From an uncultured Planctomycetaceae bacterium (GTDB lineage: Bacteria > Planctomycetota > Planctomycetia > Isosphaerales > Isosphaeraceae), in the NCBI GenBank assembly GCA_963833985.1, contig CAWIAD010000002.1:5568001-5632000 (forward strand): a stretch of DNA of 64,000 nucleotides. Reading direction: 5' to 3'. Below, piece after piece: positions 1-10,423 of this stretch. The notes below the pieces were generated by a model. That model searched no databases, was not told where the DNA came from, and saw only the letters and a program-made list of their open reading frames with translations. Numbering within the stretch: the stretch's first letter is position 1; the number at the start of each line of letters is the position of its first letter. The position numbers were made by a program, and so were the translations under genes.

Positions 1-2
1 AC

Positions 3-467
3 GGACCCGAACGGAGGACGAGCGACTCGATCGTCGCGGCGTATAATAGCGTCAAACTCTGGGCGCAGGCCGTCGAGGAATCGGGAACGGAGCAGACGAC
101 GGAAGTGCGCCGGGCGATCCGCAGACAAAGCCTCCAGGCGCCTGAGGGGGTCGTATCGATCGACGCCGAGACGCTCCATGCCTGGCGGCCGTTTCACCTG
201 GGCAGGATCCGCGGCGACGGCCAGTTCGACATTCTCTGGAGCCTGGAGAAGCCAGTGCGGCCGGTGCCTTACCCATTCATGAGGTCGCGTGCGGACTGGA
301 ACACCTTTGTGGAACGGCTGCACGCCGCGTGGAATCGCGGTGACTTCAATCCTCTGACATTCCAGGGCACTTCGGGGCCTGGAACGAGACTGCCGGGACG
401 TTCCAGCAACAATCGGCCCAGGGCGGCAGCCAGCGGCGTCCGCGGCGCGCGCTCCACACTGCGATAG
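3..467 (+). CDS. C-terminal part of an UrtA/AmiC-like (urea/amide) periplasmic-binding-protein domain, 5' partial
   Basis: Frame is open from the window start: [22 protein letters not shown]...[48 protein letters not shown]. This matches the C-terminal signature of urea ABC substrate-binding domains. Confidence 0.75.
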   Translation, partial: GPERRTSDSIVAAYNSVKLWAQAVEESGTEQTTEVRRAIRRQSLQAPEGVVSIDAETLHAWRPFHLGRIRGDGQFDILWSLEKPVRPVPYPFMRSRADWNTFVERLHAAWNRGDFNPLTFQGTSGPGTRLPGRSSNNRPRAAASGVRGARSTLR

Positions 468-478
468 GCGAATCTTCC

Positions 479-2536
479 ATGGCCTCATTCCGATTTTCCC
501 GCGATCGTGTTGGCATCACCGCCCGGCTGATGCTCTGGTTCCTGGCGATCTCGCTGGTCCCGTGCAGCCTGCTAACGCTGGTCAACAACAACATCTCGAT
601 CAATTCCCTGGAGCGGTCGGTGCGCAACCAGCTCGGATCGGTCTCCGCCGCGAAGACCGTCGAGCTCGATAATTTTGTTCGGGAGCGGCGCGGCAACGTC
701 ACCGTTCTGAGCCAGATGCCTCGGACCATCCAGACGACCGAGGAGCTCACAAAGGTGCAGGCACCGGGAGGGCCCACCGAGGCCATCCGGAAGCAGAAGG
801 AGGTGGAGTTCTTCCCGACGGCACTGAACTTTCTGGAGACCTACGGTTACGCGAACCTCTACCTCTTCGCCGCGGATTCAAGGCTGCTGTACCGGTTCAA
901 GGCAGATCTGGACGTGGGCGAGAAGCTGCTCTCCGGTCCACTCCGGGGAAGCGAGCTGGCCGAGGTATTCGAACGTTGCAAGATGTTGCTCCAGGCGGAA
1001 GTCTCGGACTATCAGCTCTACTCCGGACTGGCAGGCCCCGCCCTGTTCATTGCCCATCCGGTCTTGAAGGACGGGGCGGTCATTGGCGTTCTGGTGCTCC
1101 AGCTGGGCAACGAATCAATCTACCGTCTGATCGGCGGCACCGACGGGCTGGGAGAAACCGGGGAGACCACGGTCGGCGCCCTCAAAGGCGATCAGCTCAT
1201 CTTCGTGTCGCCCCTACGGTACATCAAGGACGCGCCGTTTCACGCCACGGTGCGCATGGGAGACAGACGCTCCCTGGCCATGCAGCGCGCCGTCAAGGGC
1301 GAACGCGGCTACGGCCAGACTTTGGATTACCGCCCTGAGCCCATCGTGTCGGTCTGGTCGTATGTGCCCGCATTCCGGTGGGGCTTGCAGGTCAAGGAAG
1401 ATCGGGACGAAGCCTATGCGATGATCGACCGGCAGCGTCTGGCCAGTAGGTTGCTGCTGGCCCTGACGGTGGCTTCCGTGACCTGGGTGGCCTGGTCGGT
1501 AGCCCGCTCTATCAGCAGGCCAATCCGCGAAGCGGCGCTGGTAGCGGACCGGGTCGCCGCGGGCGATCTCACAGCCACCTGCCACGGTCAAGCCCCGGGC
1601 GAGGCAGGCCTGCTGCTCCAGGCCATCCGCAAGATGACTACGGACCTGCGGTCACTGATCGGGCGGATTCACAAGTCGAGCGTCGCGCTCATGTCCACGG
1701 CCACCGAGATCTCGGCCACGTCCAAGCAGCAGGAACAGACGATCTACGACTACGGCACCTCCACCAACGAGGCCGCGGCCGCCGTCAACGAGATCTCCGC
1801 AACCAGTCAAGAGCTGCTGCGGACGATGAACGAGGTGAACCAGCTGGTGCGGCAGACCACGCAGATGGCCTCCACCGGGCAGGAGAGCCTCAGTGGGATG
1901 GACCGGACCATGCGGCAACTGGCCGAATCGACGGGGTCCATCAGCGCAAAGCTCTCGGTCATCAGCGAACGCGCCGCGAACATCAACCTGGTGGTCACCA
2001 CGATCACCAAGGTGGCCGACCAGACGAACCTGCTGTCGATCAACGCGGCCATCGAGGCGGAGAAGGCCGGCGAGTATGGGCTAGGGTTCCTGGTGGTCGC
2101 CCGTGAGATCCGCCGCCTGGCCGACCAGACGGCCGTGGCCACGCTGGATATCGAGCGCATGGTCAAGGAGATGCAGTACAGCGTCTCCGCCGGCGTGATG
2201 GAGATGGACAAGTTCAGCGAACAGGTCCGGCAGGTTGTCAGCGAGGTGCAGCTCATCGGCAGCCAGCTCGGCCAGATCATCAAGTCGGTGCAAGGCCTGG
2301 ACCAGCGATTCGACCAGGTGACCGAAGGCATGCGGGTGCAATCCCAGGGCGCCGATCAGATCCGCGAGGCAATGCTCAGGCTCACCGACGGAGCCAACCA
2401 GACGTCGGTGTCGCTCCGCGAGTTCAACAAGGCCACGGACCATCTCCGCGAAGCTGTGGGCGGGCTGAAGGAAGAGGTTTCACGCTTCACAATCGGTCAA
2501 CTGGAAAGCAGTCCGCAGCCGGCGTCTCCAAGGTGA
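479..2536 (+). CDS. Methyl-accepting chemotaxis protein (WspA-like; 2 TM, Cache-like periplasmic domain, HAMP, MCP signal domain)
   Basis: Two TM helices, HAMP ([21 protein letters not shown]), MCP hairpin motif [37 protein letters not shown]. Confidence 0.95.
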   Translation: MASFRFSRDRVGITARLMLWFLAISLVPCSLLTLVNNNISINSLERSVRNQLGSVSAAKTVELDNFVRERRGNVTVLSQMPRTIQTTEELTKVQAPGGPTEAIRKQKEVEFFPTALNFLETYGYANLYLFAADSRLLYRFKADLDVGEKLLSGPLRGSELAEVFERCKMLLQAEVSDYQLYSGLAGPALFIAHPVLKDGAVIGVLVLQLGNESIYRLIGGTDGLGETGETTVGALKGDQLIFVSPLRYIKDAPFHATVRMGDRRSLAMQRAVKGERGYGQTLDYRPEPIVSVWSYVPAFRWGLQVKEDRDEAYAMIDRQRLASRLLLALTVASVTWVAWSVARSISRPIREAALVADRVAAGDLTATCHGQAPGEAGLLLQAIRKMTTDLRSLIGRIHKSSVALMSTATEISATSKQQEQTIYDYGTSTNEAAAAVNEISATSQELLRTMNEVNQLVRQTTQMASTGQESLSGMDRTMRQLAESTGSISAKLSVISERAANINLVVTTITKVADQTNLLSINAAIEAEKAGEYGLGFLVVAREIRRLADQTAVATLDIERMVKEMQYSVSAGVMEMDKFSEQVRQVVSEVQLIGSQLGQIIKSVQGLDQRFDQVTEGMRVQSQGADQIREAMLRLTDGANQTSVSLREFNKATDHLREAVGGLKEEVSRFTIGQLESSPQPASPR

Positions 2537-2563
2537 GCCTGCACAGGCCCCGACTGCGGAGCG

Positions 2564-3136
2564 ATGACTCTCATGTTACTGCTGACCCTCCAGGCCGCCG
2601 GTAGCCGGTACGCGATCGATGTGGCGCGCGTGGTCGAGGTCGTGCCCAGGATTAACCTGCGCCACTTGCCCCACGCTCCCATTTCGCTTTCCGGAGTCTT
2701 CGACTACCGCGGTACCGTCGTGCCGGTGGTTGATCTGGGCATTCTCCTGGGATCGGAGAGCTGCCGCGACCGGTTGAGTACGCGCATTGTCCTGGTGAAC
2801 AGCCATCCCTCCGGCGCCGAGCAGGCATCCACGGCTCTGCCCGCGGCCGGTAATGCCGCAGCCGCAGCCCCGCAGCGCCGCTGGCTCCTGGGGCTGGTTG
2901 CCGAGCAGGTCAGCGACGTCTCCTCGATCACGCCGGAGCAGGTCATCTCGGCGGCCATGCAGCTACCGGTCACGCCGTATCTGGGAGCAATTGTCGAGAT
3001 CGGCCAGGAGATGGTCCAGTTGATTCAGGTGGACCAGATCCTGGATGATACCCTGCGGCGATCTTTCTTTGGGCTGGAAGCAGCCAGCGCACAGGTCACG
3101 GAGCCAGGTGGAAGCACACCGGCGGGGACGATCTGA
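2564..3136 (+). CDS. cheW: CheW-like adaptor (WspB-like)
   Basis: YAIDVARVVEVVP...GVFDYRGTVVPVVDL...LGLVAEQV, and position after the MCP. Confidence 0.9.
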   Translation: MTLMLLLTLQAAGSRYAIDVARVVEVVPRINLRHLPHAPISLSGVFDYRGTVVPVVDLGILLGSESCRDRLSTRIVLVNSHPSGAEQASTALPAAGNAAAAAPQRRWLLGLVAEQVSDVSSITPEQVISAAMQLPVTPYLGAIVEIGQEMVQLIQVDQILDDTLRRSFFGLEAASAQVTEPGGSTPAGTI

Positions 3137-4476
3137 TGGCGACCGCGTGGGGCAAGATCGAGGCGCTGCTGGCCGGGCGGATCGGGCTCGACCCGGCCTC
3201 GGTGGGTTCAACCCTGCTCGCGCGCGGGGTCAAGCTGCGGATGGCGGAGCTCGGCCTGGCGGATGGAGAAGCCTACGCGTCGCTGCTTGCCGAGAGCGAC
3301 AGCGAGCTCCAGGCGCTGATCGAGGAAGTCGTCGTTCCGGAAAGCTGGTTCTTCCGCGACCAGGTACCGTTCGAGTACTTCCAGGACTTTGTGCGTGCCG
3401 GATGGGTCGCTCAGCCGGAACGGCCCATGCTGCGCATCCTGAGCATCCCCTGCGCGGGGGGTGAGGAACCTTACTCGATTGCCATCGCGCTCCTGCAAGT
3501 GGCCCTGGAACCCCGCCGCTTCCGCATCACCGCGATCGACGTGAGCCAGCGCCGGCTCACCACGGCCCAGCGCGGGGTGTATTCCACCAATGCTTTCCGG
3601 GGTTCGGACCTTGGTTTCCGCGATCGCTACTTTCAACCCCATGCCGAAGGCTTCCAGATCAATACCACGCTGCGTGAGCGGATCCGGTTTCTTCAGGGAA
3701 GCATCCTGGATCCCGGCCTGCTGGCCGGCGAGCCCGCCTTTGACATGGTCTTCTGCCGCAACCTGCTGATCTATCTCGACGAGCGCTCGCGCGGTTTGAC
3801 CCTGAAGGTGCTGAACCGCCTGCTGGCACGCGATGGGTTGCTGATCATTGGCCATGCCGACCGCCTGAGTACCGGTGGAACCGAACCCGGCTTCAGGCCA
3901 GTCGGCAATCCCCGCAGCTTCGCGTATTCCAGGGAGCCGGCCAGGCCACAACCCGGACCACAGATGGCCATGGAAGGCGGCCCGGCGCCGTCACCGTGCG
4001 CACTGCCTAGGCCCCTGACGCCCCTTGCCGGAGGTCAACCGGTCCATCCCGTGCCGCCACCAGCCGCGGCCCGTTCGCTTCTACCGATTGTCACGCGTGA
4101 TCCGCGGGGCCTGCCTCCGCCTGGCTCCGGGCAAGAGAATGGGCCGGCAGCACCGAGGTTGCGCCCCACGCTGGAGCAGGCAGCGGAACTGGCCAATCTC
4201 GGTCGTCATCCCGAGGCCATCGCGGTGTGCGAGCAGTTCGTCAGGCAGAACGGCCCGGTGGCCGCGGCCTATGGCTTGATGGGGGTGATCCACCAGTCCA
4301 GGGGTGATCGGGCCCAGGCCGAGACCTGCTTTCTGAAGGCGGTTTACCTCGATCCCCGACATGAGGACGCCCTGCTTGCTCTGGCGCTCTGCGCGGAGCG
4401 GCGCGGCGATGCCGCCATGGCCAAAGCCTACCGCCGGCGTGCAGAGCGGGCGATGCTGAACAAGGGAGCGCGGTGA
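3136..4476 (+). CDS. cheR: CheR methyltransferase with C-terminal TPR (WspC-like)
   Basis: ESWFFRD, LSIPCAGGEEPYS, FDMVFCRNLLIYLD; TPR-like tail (FLKAVYLDPRHEDALLALA). Confidence 0.93.
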   Translation: MATAWGKIEALLAGRIGLDPASVGSTLLARGVKLRMAELGLADGEAYASLLAESDSELQALIEEVVVPESWFFRDQVPFEYFQDFVRAGWVAQPERPMLRILSIPCAGGEEPYSIAIALLQVALEPRRFRITAIDVSQRRLTTAQRGVYSTNAFRGSDLGFRDRYFQPHAEGFQINTTLRERIRFLQGSILDPGLLAGEPAFDMVFCRNLLIYLDERSRGLTLKVLNRLLARDGLLIIGHADRLSTGGTEPGFRPVGNPRSFAYSREPARPQPGPQMAMEGGPAPSPCALPRPLTPLAGGQPVHPVPPPAAARSLLPIVTRDPRGLPPPGSGQENGPAAPRLRPTLEQAAELANLGRHPEAIAVCEQFVRQNGPVAAAYGLMGVIHQSRGDRAQAETCFLKAVYLDPRHEDALLALALCAERRGDAAMAKAYRRRAERAMLNKGAR

Positions 4477-4477
4477 G

Positions 4478-5278
4478 ATGGGCGATGACCCTTCGGGACA
4501 GAGCACGGGGCTTGCGAGCCTGGCAATTGCCGACGGCGGTTGCTGGAACCAGATCGGCATTGCCGGCGACCAGACCTGCCCCGAGCTCCAGACCCATATC
4601 CATTGCCGCAACTGTCCTGTCTTCGCCCTGGCGGCGCGTGCGTTTTTCGAGCGGCCCGCAGACCCCCACTACCTGGCGGAGTGGACGCAGTGGCTTGGCC
4701 GCTCGGCCGAGACCGCCAGCCAGAGGTCCAGTAGCGCCGCGGAGCTGACCGGTCCCGACCAGATCAGCCTCCTGATCTTCCGGCTCGGCAAGGAATGGAT
4801 GGCATTGCCCACACAGACCGTCTCCGAAGTCACGCTACCCCGGCCGCTCCACCGCATCCCTCATCGCTCCAGTACCGTCCTGGTGGGGCTGGTCAATCTC
4901 CGCGGCCAGTTGCAGCTCTGCATCTCACTGCACGGCCTGCTGGGGCTGGACACGGCCCCGCTGCCACCACCGGGCGTTACCTCAGAATTCCAGACGCCAA
5001 AGGATACAGACCTCACGGCAGCCACCGCGGGAAGCATGGCCACGCAGGGCCGGCTGATCGTGCTGCGGAACCGCGAACGGTCCGAGAGCTGGGTCTTCGC
5101 GGCGGACGAGATCCTCGGCGTGCAGCGCATTCCCCGATCGCAAATGCACAGCGTCTCCTCGGCACTGGCGAACCCGGAAGTCAGCTTCAGCCAGGCGATC
5201 CTCGCCTGGGAAGATCACAGCGTCACCATGCTCGACGAACAGCGGATCTTCGCCGCCCTGCGGAGCATCGGACAATGA
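4478..5278 (+). CDS. cheW: CheW-like adaptor with Cys-rich N-terminus (WspD-like)
   Basis: CWNQIGIAGDQTCPELQTHIHCRNC is typical of WspD; LVGLVNLRGQL. Confidence 0.9.
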   Translation: MGDDPSGQSTGLASLAIADGGCWNQIGIAGDQTCPELQTHIHCRNCPVFALAARAFFERPADPHYLAEWTQWLGRSAETASQRSSSAAELTGPDQISLLIFRLGKEWMALPTQTVSEVTLPRPLHRIPHRSSTVLVGLVNLRGQLQLCISLHGLLGLDTAPLPPPGVTSEFQTPKDTDLTAATAGSMATQGRLIVLRNRERSESWVFAADEILGVQRIPRSQMHSVSSALANPEVSFSQAILAWEDHSVTMLDEQRIFAALRSIGQ

Positions 5279-7742
5279 GCGACGACCTGAGCGGCTTCTC
5301 GATGATGGACCTGTTCCGCATGGAGGCCGACGAGCGGCTGGCCGTGCTGGCGCAGGGACTGGTGGCGCTCGAGGGGACCACTGGCCCGGCCGAGCGCATC
5401 GAGCCCCTGATGCGCACGGCTCATTCGCTCAAAGGCGCAGCCCGGATCGTCGGGCTCGACGATGCGGTGCGCATCTCCCACGCGATGGAAGACTGCCTGG
5501 TCGCGGCGCAGAAGGCGCAGATCCAGCTCGGTCCGGGAAGCATCGACGCACTCCTCTGCGGCGTGGACCTGCTCACGCAAATCTCGAAGCTGGCCGAGGC
5601 GGAGCAGGAAGCGTGGCGCGCAACCCAGCTTCCTGCGATCGAGCAGCTTCTGGCCAGGCTGGCCGCCATCCAGGCAGGGCAAACCGCAGCGCTCGAACCG
5701 GCGTCCGCCCCAGTACCATCGCCGCCAGTTTCAGCTTCAGCTTCAGCTTCAGCTCCAGCTTCAGCTCCAGCTTCGGCGCCAGCTCCAGCCCCAGCTCAGA
5801 AACCGGACCCGGAACCCGCGAACGTTGCGCCACATCCGGAGGAGCCATCTGCCCCGGCCCAGGTGCCCGCGACATCCGACGCGTCCGCGGCATCTCCACA
5901 GGCACGACCGCAGGCTGCTCCGACCTCGAAGGCCCCGTCCACTCCGTCCGGCGGCGAACCGGCCGATCGAGTGGTGCGAGTCACGGCGGAAAGCTTGACC
6001 AGGCTCATGGGGCTGGCCGGTGAGTCGCTGGTTCAGACCCGGCGGTTCCGCCCGTTCGTCGATTCGCTGCTGCTGCTCAAGAGCCGCCAGACCGGGCTGC
6101 TGGAAACACTCCAGCGGCTGGAAGACCGTCTCTCCAGCAACGGGGAAACGTTGCCCGCCGCGGAGCGAGAGCTCCTGGCCACAGCCCGAGGTCAGGCCTC
6201 GCGCTGCCTGGAAGGCCTTGGCCAGACCCTCGAGACCATCGAGGAGTTCGCCCGCGGGAGCGAAGACCTGTCAAGCCGGCTGCATCACGAGGTGCTGGCG
6301 TCGCGGATGCGTCCGCTGGCCGATGGGATTCGCGGGTTTCCGCGCCTCGTCCGCGACCTGGCACGTCAGCTTGGCAAGCAGGCGGCCTTTCAGGTGGTGG
6401 GTGACACCACGGGCGTTGACCGCGACATCCTTGACGGCCTGGAGGCGCCCCTTAACCACCTGATCCGCAATGCGCTCGATCATGGGCTTGAGACAGCCGA
6501 GGTGCGCCGGGCCGCGGGCAAGAACCCGACGGGGACCATCCGGCTGGAGGCGCGCCACCGTGCAGGGATGCTCCAGATCGTACTGGCCGACGACGGCCGG
6601 GGCATCGACCTGGAGCGGCTCCGGACCAAGGTTATTGAGAAAGGGCTCACCACCGCAACGGTCGCCAGCCGGCTGAGCGAGTCCGAGCTGCTCGATTTCC
6701 TGTTCCTGCCAGGCTTCTCCACGAAGGAAGCCGTGACCGAGGTCTCCGGCCGCGGTGTCGGCCTGGACGTGGTCCAGAGCATGGTCCAGGCGGTTCGCGG
6801 ATCGGTCCGGGTGAACAGCCAGCCTGGCAAGGGTACGCGATTTATCCTCCAGCTCCCGCTCACGGTTTCGGTGATCCGCGCCCTGCTGGCGGAGATCGCC
6901 GGCGAGCCGTTTGCCTTTCCGCTGAACCGGATCGACCGGATCCTGATGCTCGAGCACACCACCATCTGCGAGCTCGAGGGGAAACCGCACATGATTCTGG
7001 ACGGCCAGCCCATCGGCCTGGTGGAGGCAGCACAGATTCTCGATCTACCGGCGACGTCGCGGCAAGAGGGCAAGCTTCCGGTGGTGGTGGCCAGCGACCG
7101 CAGCCACCGCTTCGGGGTCATTGTCGATCGCTTCCTGGGCGAGCGGGACCTGCGTGTTGCGCCCTGGATCCACGGCTGGGCAAGGTCCCCAACCTGAACA
7201 GCTCATCGGTGCTCGAGAACGGCTGGCCGGTGCTGATCATCGACGTTGAGGATCTGATCCGCTCGATTGATAACCTGCTGGGCGGCCGCCAGATCCGGCG
7301 GATTCGCCTGGACGTGGAGCAGACCGAGGCGGTGCACGGACCCAGGCGCATCCTGGTGGTCGACGATTCGATCACCGTTCGCGAGCTGGAACGGCAGCTC
7401 CTGGAAAACCAGGGCTACACGGTGGACGTGGCCGTGGACGGGGTTGACGGCTGGAATGCCGTGCGCTCGGGCCGCTACGACCTGGTGGTCAGTGATATCG
7501 ATATGCCTCGCATGGATGGAATCCAGCTCGTGACGCACATCAAGGAAGACGACCGGCTACGGGCCATTCCGGTGATCATCGTGTCCTACAAGGATCGCGA
7601 GGAAGACCGGATCCGCGGCCTGGACGCCGGCGCCAACTTCTACCTCACCAAGAGCAGCTTCCACGACCAGACCTTTCTGGATACGGTGGTAGACCTGATC
7701 GGTGAGGCGAAGGCCTCCTCGAGGGAGGAGCGCGGGCCTTGA
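5275..7742 (+). CDS. cheA: Hybrid CheA histidine kinase/response regulator (WspE-like), split by a 1-nt frameshift near 7160
   Basis: ATG at 5275 overlaps the upstream stop. Hpt (LMRTAHSLKGAA), HATPase (HLIRNALDHG, DDGRGID, GRGVGLDVV), CheW, then REC (ILVVDDS...SDIDMPRMDG) in the next frame. Adding one C at gcgccctgg restores LDPRLGKVPNL. Confidence 0.92.
5731..5797 (+). repeat. Hexamer tandem repeat (T/C)CAGCT encoding an SA/PA linker in CheA
   Basis: tcagcttcagcttcagcttcagctccagcttcagctccagct... visible directly. Confidence 0.85.
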
Positions 7743-7854
7743 TGGAGCAACACCGGAACCGCTTCCCGTCTTGCGGAATGAAGCGCGTAGTTCGCCGTTC
7801 AGACCCGTCGCCTTGCCGTCGCCGTACGCTCTCTGTCGCCGGCCGAGGAGCCCC

Positions 7855-8913
7855 ATGAGAATCGGCATCGTCAACGATTCGATCATGGCTTGCGAGGTCC
7901 TCCGGCGGGTCGTTCTTTCGCAACCCGGGAATGAGGTGGCGTGGATTGCCCGTGATGGCGCAGAGGCCGTGGTCATGGCGCGCGCCGATCGGCCCGACCT
8001 GGTCCTCATGGACCTGTTCATGCCAGGCGTCGACGGCGTCGAGGCGACGCGCCGGATCATGAACGAGACGCCCTGCGCAATCCTGGTGGTCACGGCCACG
8101 GTGAGCGGGCACATCCACAAGGTTTACCAGGCCATGGGCTGGGGTGCGCTCGATGCCGTCGATACGCCCGTTCTCGGGCCCACCGCCGACGTGGCCGGGG
8201 CTGGATCGCTGCTGCGCAAGATGGAGGTGATCGGCAACCTGATCGGCAAGGTTCCCGCGCGTCTGGCAGTTCCACCCGCGGCTGCGCCCGCCGTGCCGCC
8301 CGCCCACGAACCGTCCCTTCATCCCCTGGTGTTGCTGGGCGCATCGACGGGCGGTCCGTTCGCCCTGGCGGAGACTCTCGCCGGGCTCCCCCCATCGCCC
8401 AGGGCGACAATCGTGATCGTGCAGCACGTGGACGCCGCCTTTGCTCCCGGCCTGGGGCAGTGGCTGAGCGAGCGTGCACACCGCCCCGTCGAGCTGATCC
8501 AGGACGGCACCGAGCTGACTGAAGGAAAGATCCTGCTTGCCGGCAGCGATGACCATTTGATGGTGGGCAGCAACCGCCGGCTTTACTATACGGCCGAGCC
8601 GAGGACGCTGAGTTACCGGCCCTCGGTAGACGTCTTCTTCAAGAGCGTGGCCGCGCGCTGGCCGCGCGCCGGACTGGCCGTACTGCTCACGGGAATGGGC
8701 CGCGATGGAGCCCAGGGGCTACTGGAGCTCCGGCGGCTGGGGTGGAAGACCATTGCACAGGATGAATCCACCAGCGTGGTCTGGGGCATGCCGCGTGCGG
8801 CCGTGGAGCTGGACGCGGCCGATCAGGTCCTCCCCCTGCACCTGATCAGCCAGGCGATCGCCGCTCATCTTTCCTCGCAAAATTCGAGTCAGGCGCAGGC
8901 GCGTACCACATGA
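7855..8913 (+). CDS. cheB: CheB methylesterase response regulator (WspF-like)
   Basis: MRIGIVND REC start with gaggag RBS; GASTGGP, IVQHV, YRPSVDVFF, LLTGMGRDGA. Confidence 0.95.
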   Translation: MRIGIVNDSIMACEVLRRVVLSQPGNEVAWIARDGAEAVVMARADRPDLVLMDLFMPGVDGVEATRRIMNETPCAILVVTATVSGHIHKVYQAMGWGALDAVDTPVLGPTADVAGAGSLLRKMEVIGNLIGKVPARLAVPPAAAPAVPPAHEPSLHPLVLLGASTGGPFALAETLAGLPPSPRATIVIVQHVDAAFAPGLGQWLSERAHRPVELIQDGTELTEGKILLAGSDDHLMVGSNRRLYYTAEPRTLSYRPSVDVFFKSVAARWPRAGLAVLLTGMGRDGAQGLLELRRLGWKTIAQDESTSVVWGMPRAAVELDAADQVLPLHLISQAIAAHLSSQNSSQAQARTT

Positions 8914-9050
8914 CCTGGAAAAGATGGTAAGTCATAGGATGACGGGCACGCTGGGGCACGCCCTCTGCCCCGTTCCTCCGGGCCGATCATCGGGCGATTG
9001 CTGCCCGGGCCATCGCAAGACCAAGATGTCAGGCCCCCTGGAGTTCCGCA

Positions 9051-10247
9051 ATGAGCACTGAGCCCCTCCTCACCCAGCACAAGGTGACGGTCCTCTTGAT
9101 CGACGACCAGCCGATGATTGGCGAGGCCGTCCGGCGCATGCTGGCCGGCGAGCCGGACATTGTCTTTCACTATTGCCGCGACGCGACCAAGGCCCTTGAC
9201 GAGGCGGCTCGCATCAAGCCCACGGTCATCCTGCAAGACCTGGTCATGCCCGACATCGACGGGCTCACGGTGGTGAAAAACTTCCGGGCCAGCGAGGGAA
9301 CGCGGGAAACCCCCATGATTGTGCTATCCACCAAGGAAGACCCGGCCGTCAAGGCCGAGGCCTTCGCGCTGGGGGCCAACGACTACATCGTCAAGCTCCC
9401 GGACCGGCTGGAGCTGCTGGCACGGATCCGCTACCACTCCAAGGGCTACATCGCGCTCTTGCAGCGCAATGAGGCGTACCAGGCCCTGATGGAAAGCCAG
9501 AAACGCCTGGCCAGCGAGGTCAAGCAGGCAGCGAAGTATGTTCAATCACTGCTGCCTGACAAGCTCAGGAAGGGACTCATCAAGACCGACTGGAGGTTTG
9601 TCCCCTCGGCCGAGCTGGGCGGCGACTCGTTCGGCTATCACTGGCTGGACGACGACCACTTCGCCTTCTACCTGCTGGATGTCAGCGGCCACGGCGTGGG
9701 CGCGGCCCTGCTTTCGGTATCGGCCATGAACGCGCTGCGCTCCCAGGCCCTGCCGAATACCGACTTCCGCCAGCCGGGCCAGGTCCTCTTCGCCTTAAAC
9801 AACGCGTTCCAGATGGACCAGCAGAACGGGCTCTACTTCACGATCTGGTACGGCGTCTTCCACAAGCCCACGCGGCGCGTCGATTACTCCGGAGGGGGAC
9901 ACCCGCCGGCCCTGCTGCTCACGGGACCTACGGCCGAGCAGGCCACGCTTCAGATCCTTGATTCCAAGGGGCCGATGATCGGCGCGGTCACCGACCTGGA
10001 GTACGAGTCGGGCACCACCACGCTGGATGCCTTCGCCAAGGTCTATATTCTGAGCGATGGTGCGTACGAGATCGAGAAGGCCGACAACACGATGTGGCCG
10101 TTCAGCGAGTTCCTGGCGTTCATGGGCCAGGGCCCGCACCACAACACGGAGACCTCGAAGATGGACTTGCTCATCGCCCACGACCGCATGTTGATGGGAA
10201 GAGACGAGTTCGCCGACGACCTGTCTCTTGTGGAGCTTCTTTTCTGA
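9051..10247 (+). CDS. Response regulator: WspR-type REC and stalk fused to a SpoIIE/PP2C phosphatase domain
   Basis: VLLIDDQPMIGEAVRR...KPTVILQDLVMP...ELLARIRYHS resembles the WspR N-terminus. C-terminal LGGDSF, LDVSGHG, SDG, DDLS are PP2C motifs. No GGDEF. Confidence 0.9.
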   Translation: MSTEPLLTQHKVTVLLIDDQPMIGEAVRRMLAGEPDIVFHYCRDATKALDEAARIKPTVILQDLVMPDIDGLTVVKNFRASEGTRETPMIVLSTKEDPAVKAEAFALGANDYIVKLPDRLELLARIRYHSKGYIALLQRNEAYQALMESQKRLASEVKQAAKYVQSLLPDKLRKGLIKTDWRFVPSAELGGDSFGYHWLDDDHFAFYLLDVSGHGVGAALLSVSAMNALRSQALPNTDFRQPGQVLFALNNAFQMDQQNGLYFTIWYGVFHKPTRRVDYSGGGHPPALLLTGPTAEQATLQILDSKGPMIGAVTDLEYESGTTTLDAFAKVYILSDGAYEIEKADNTMWPFSEFLAFMGQGPHHNTETSKMDLLIAHDRMLMGRDEFADDLSLVELLF

Positions 10248-10423
10248 GATCTGTCCGTTTGCGTGCCACCCTTGCGGCAACGCTTCCACTCTGCAAGCCA
10301 ATGAATCCTCTGCGCGACCGAATGCATTCTTGCAGGGTGGTGCCACGATCTGCACGCCATTCCACTTCCTCAGCATGAGGGTGGGCGTGCCAGAAGCATT
10401 GCCCCGATTGGGAGATCCGAACA

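Noticed and set aside
5731..5797. Phase variation through hexamer repeats in cheA (and cydB 38213-38242)
   Set aside because: A unit of 6 keeps the frame, so copy-number change would only alter a low-complexity linker or tail.
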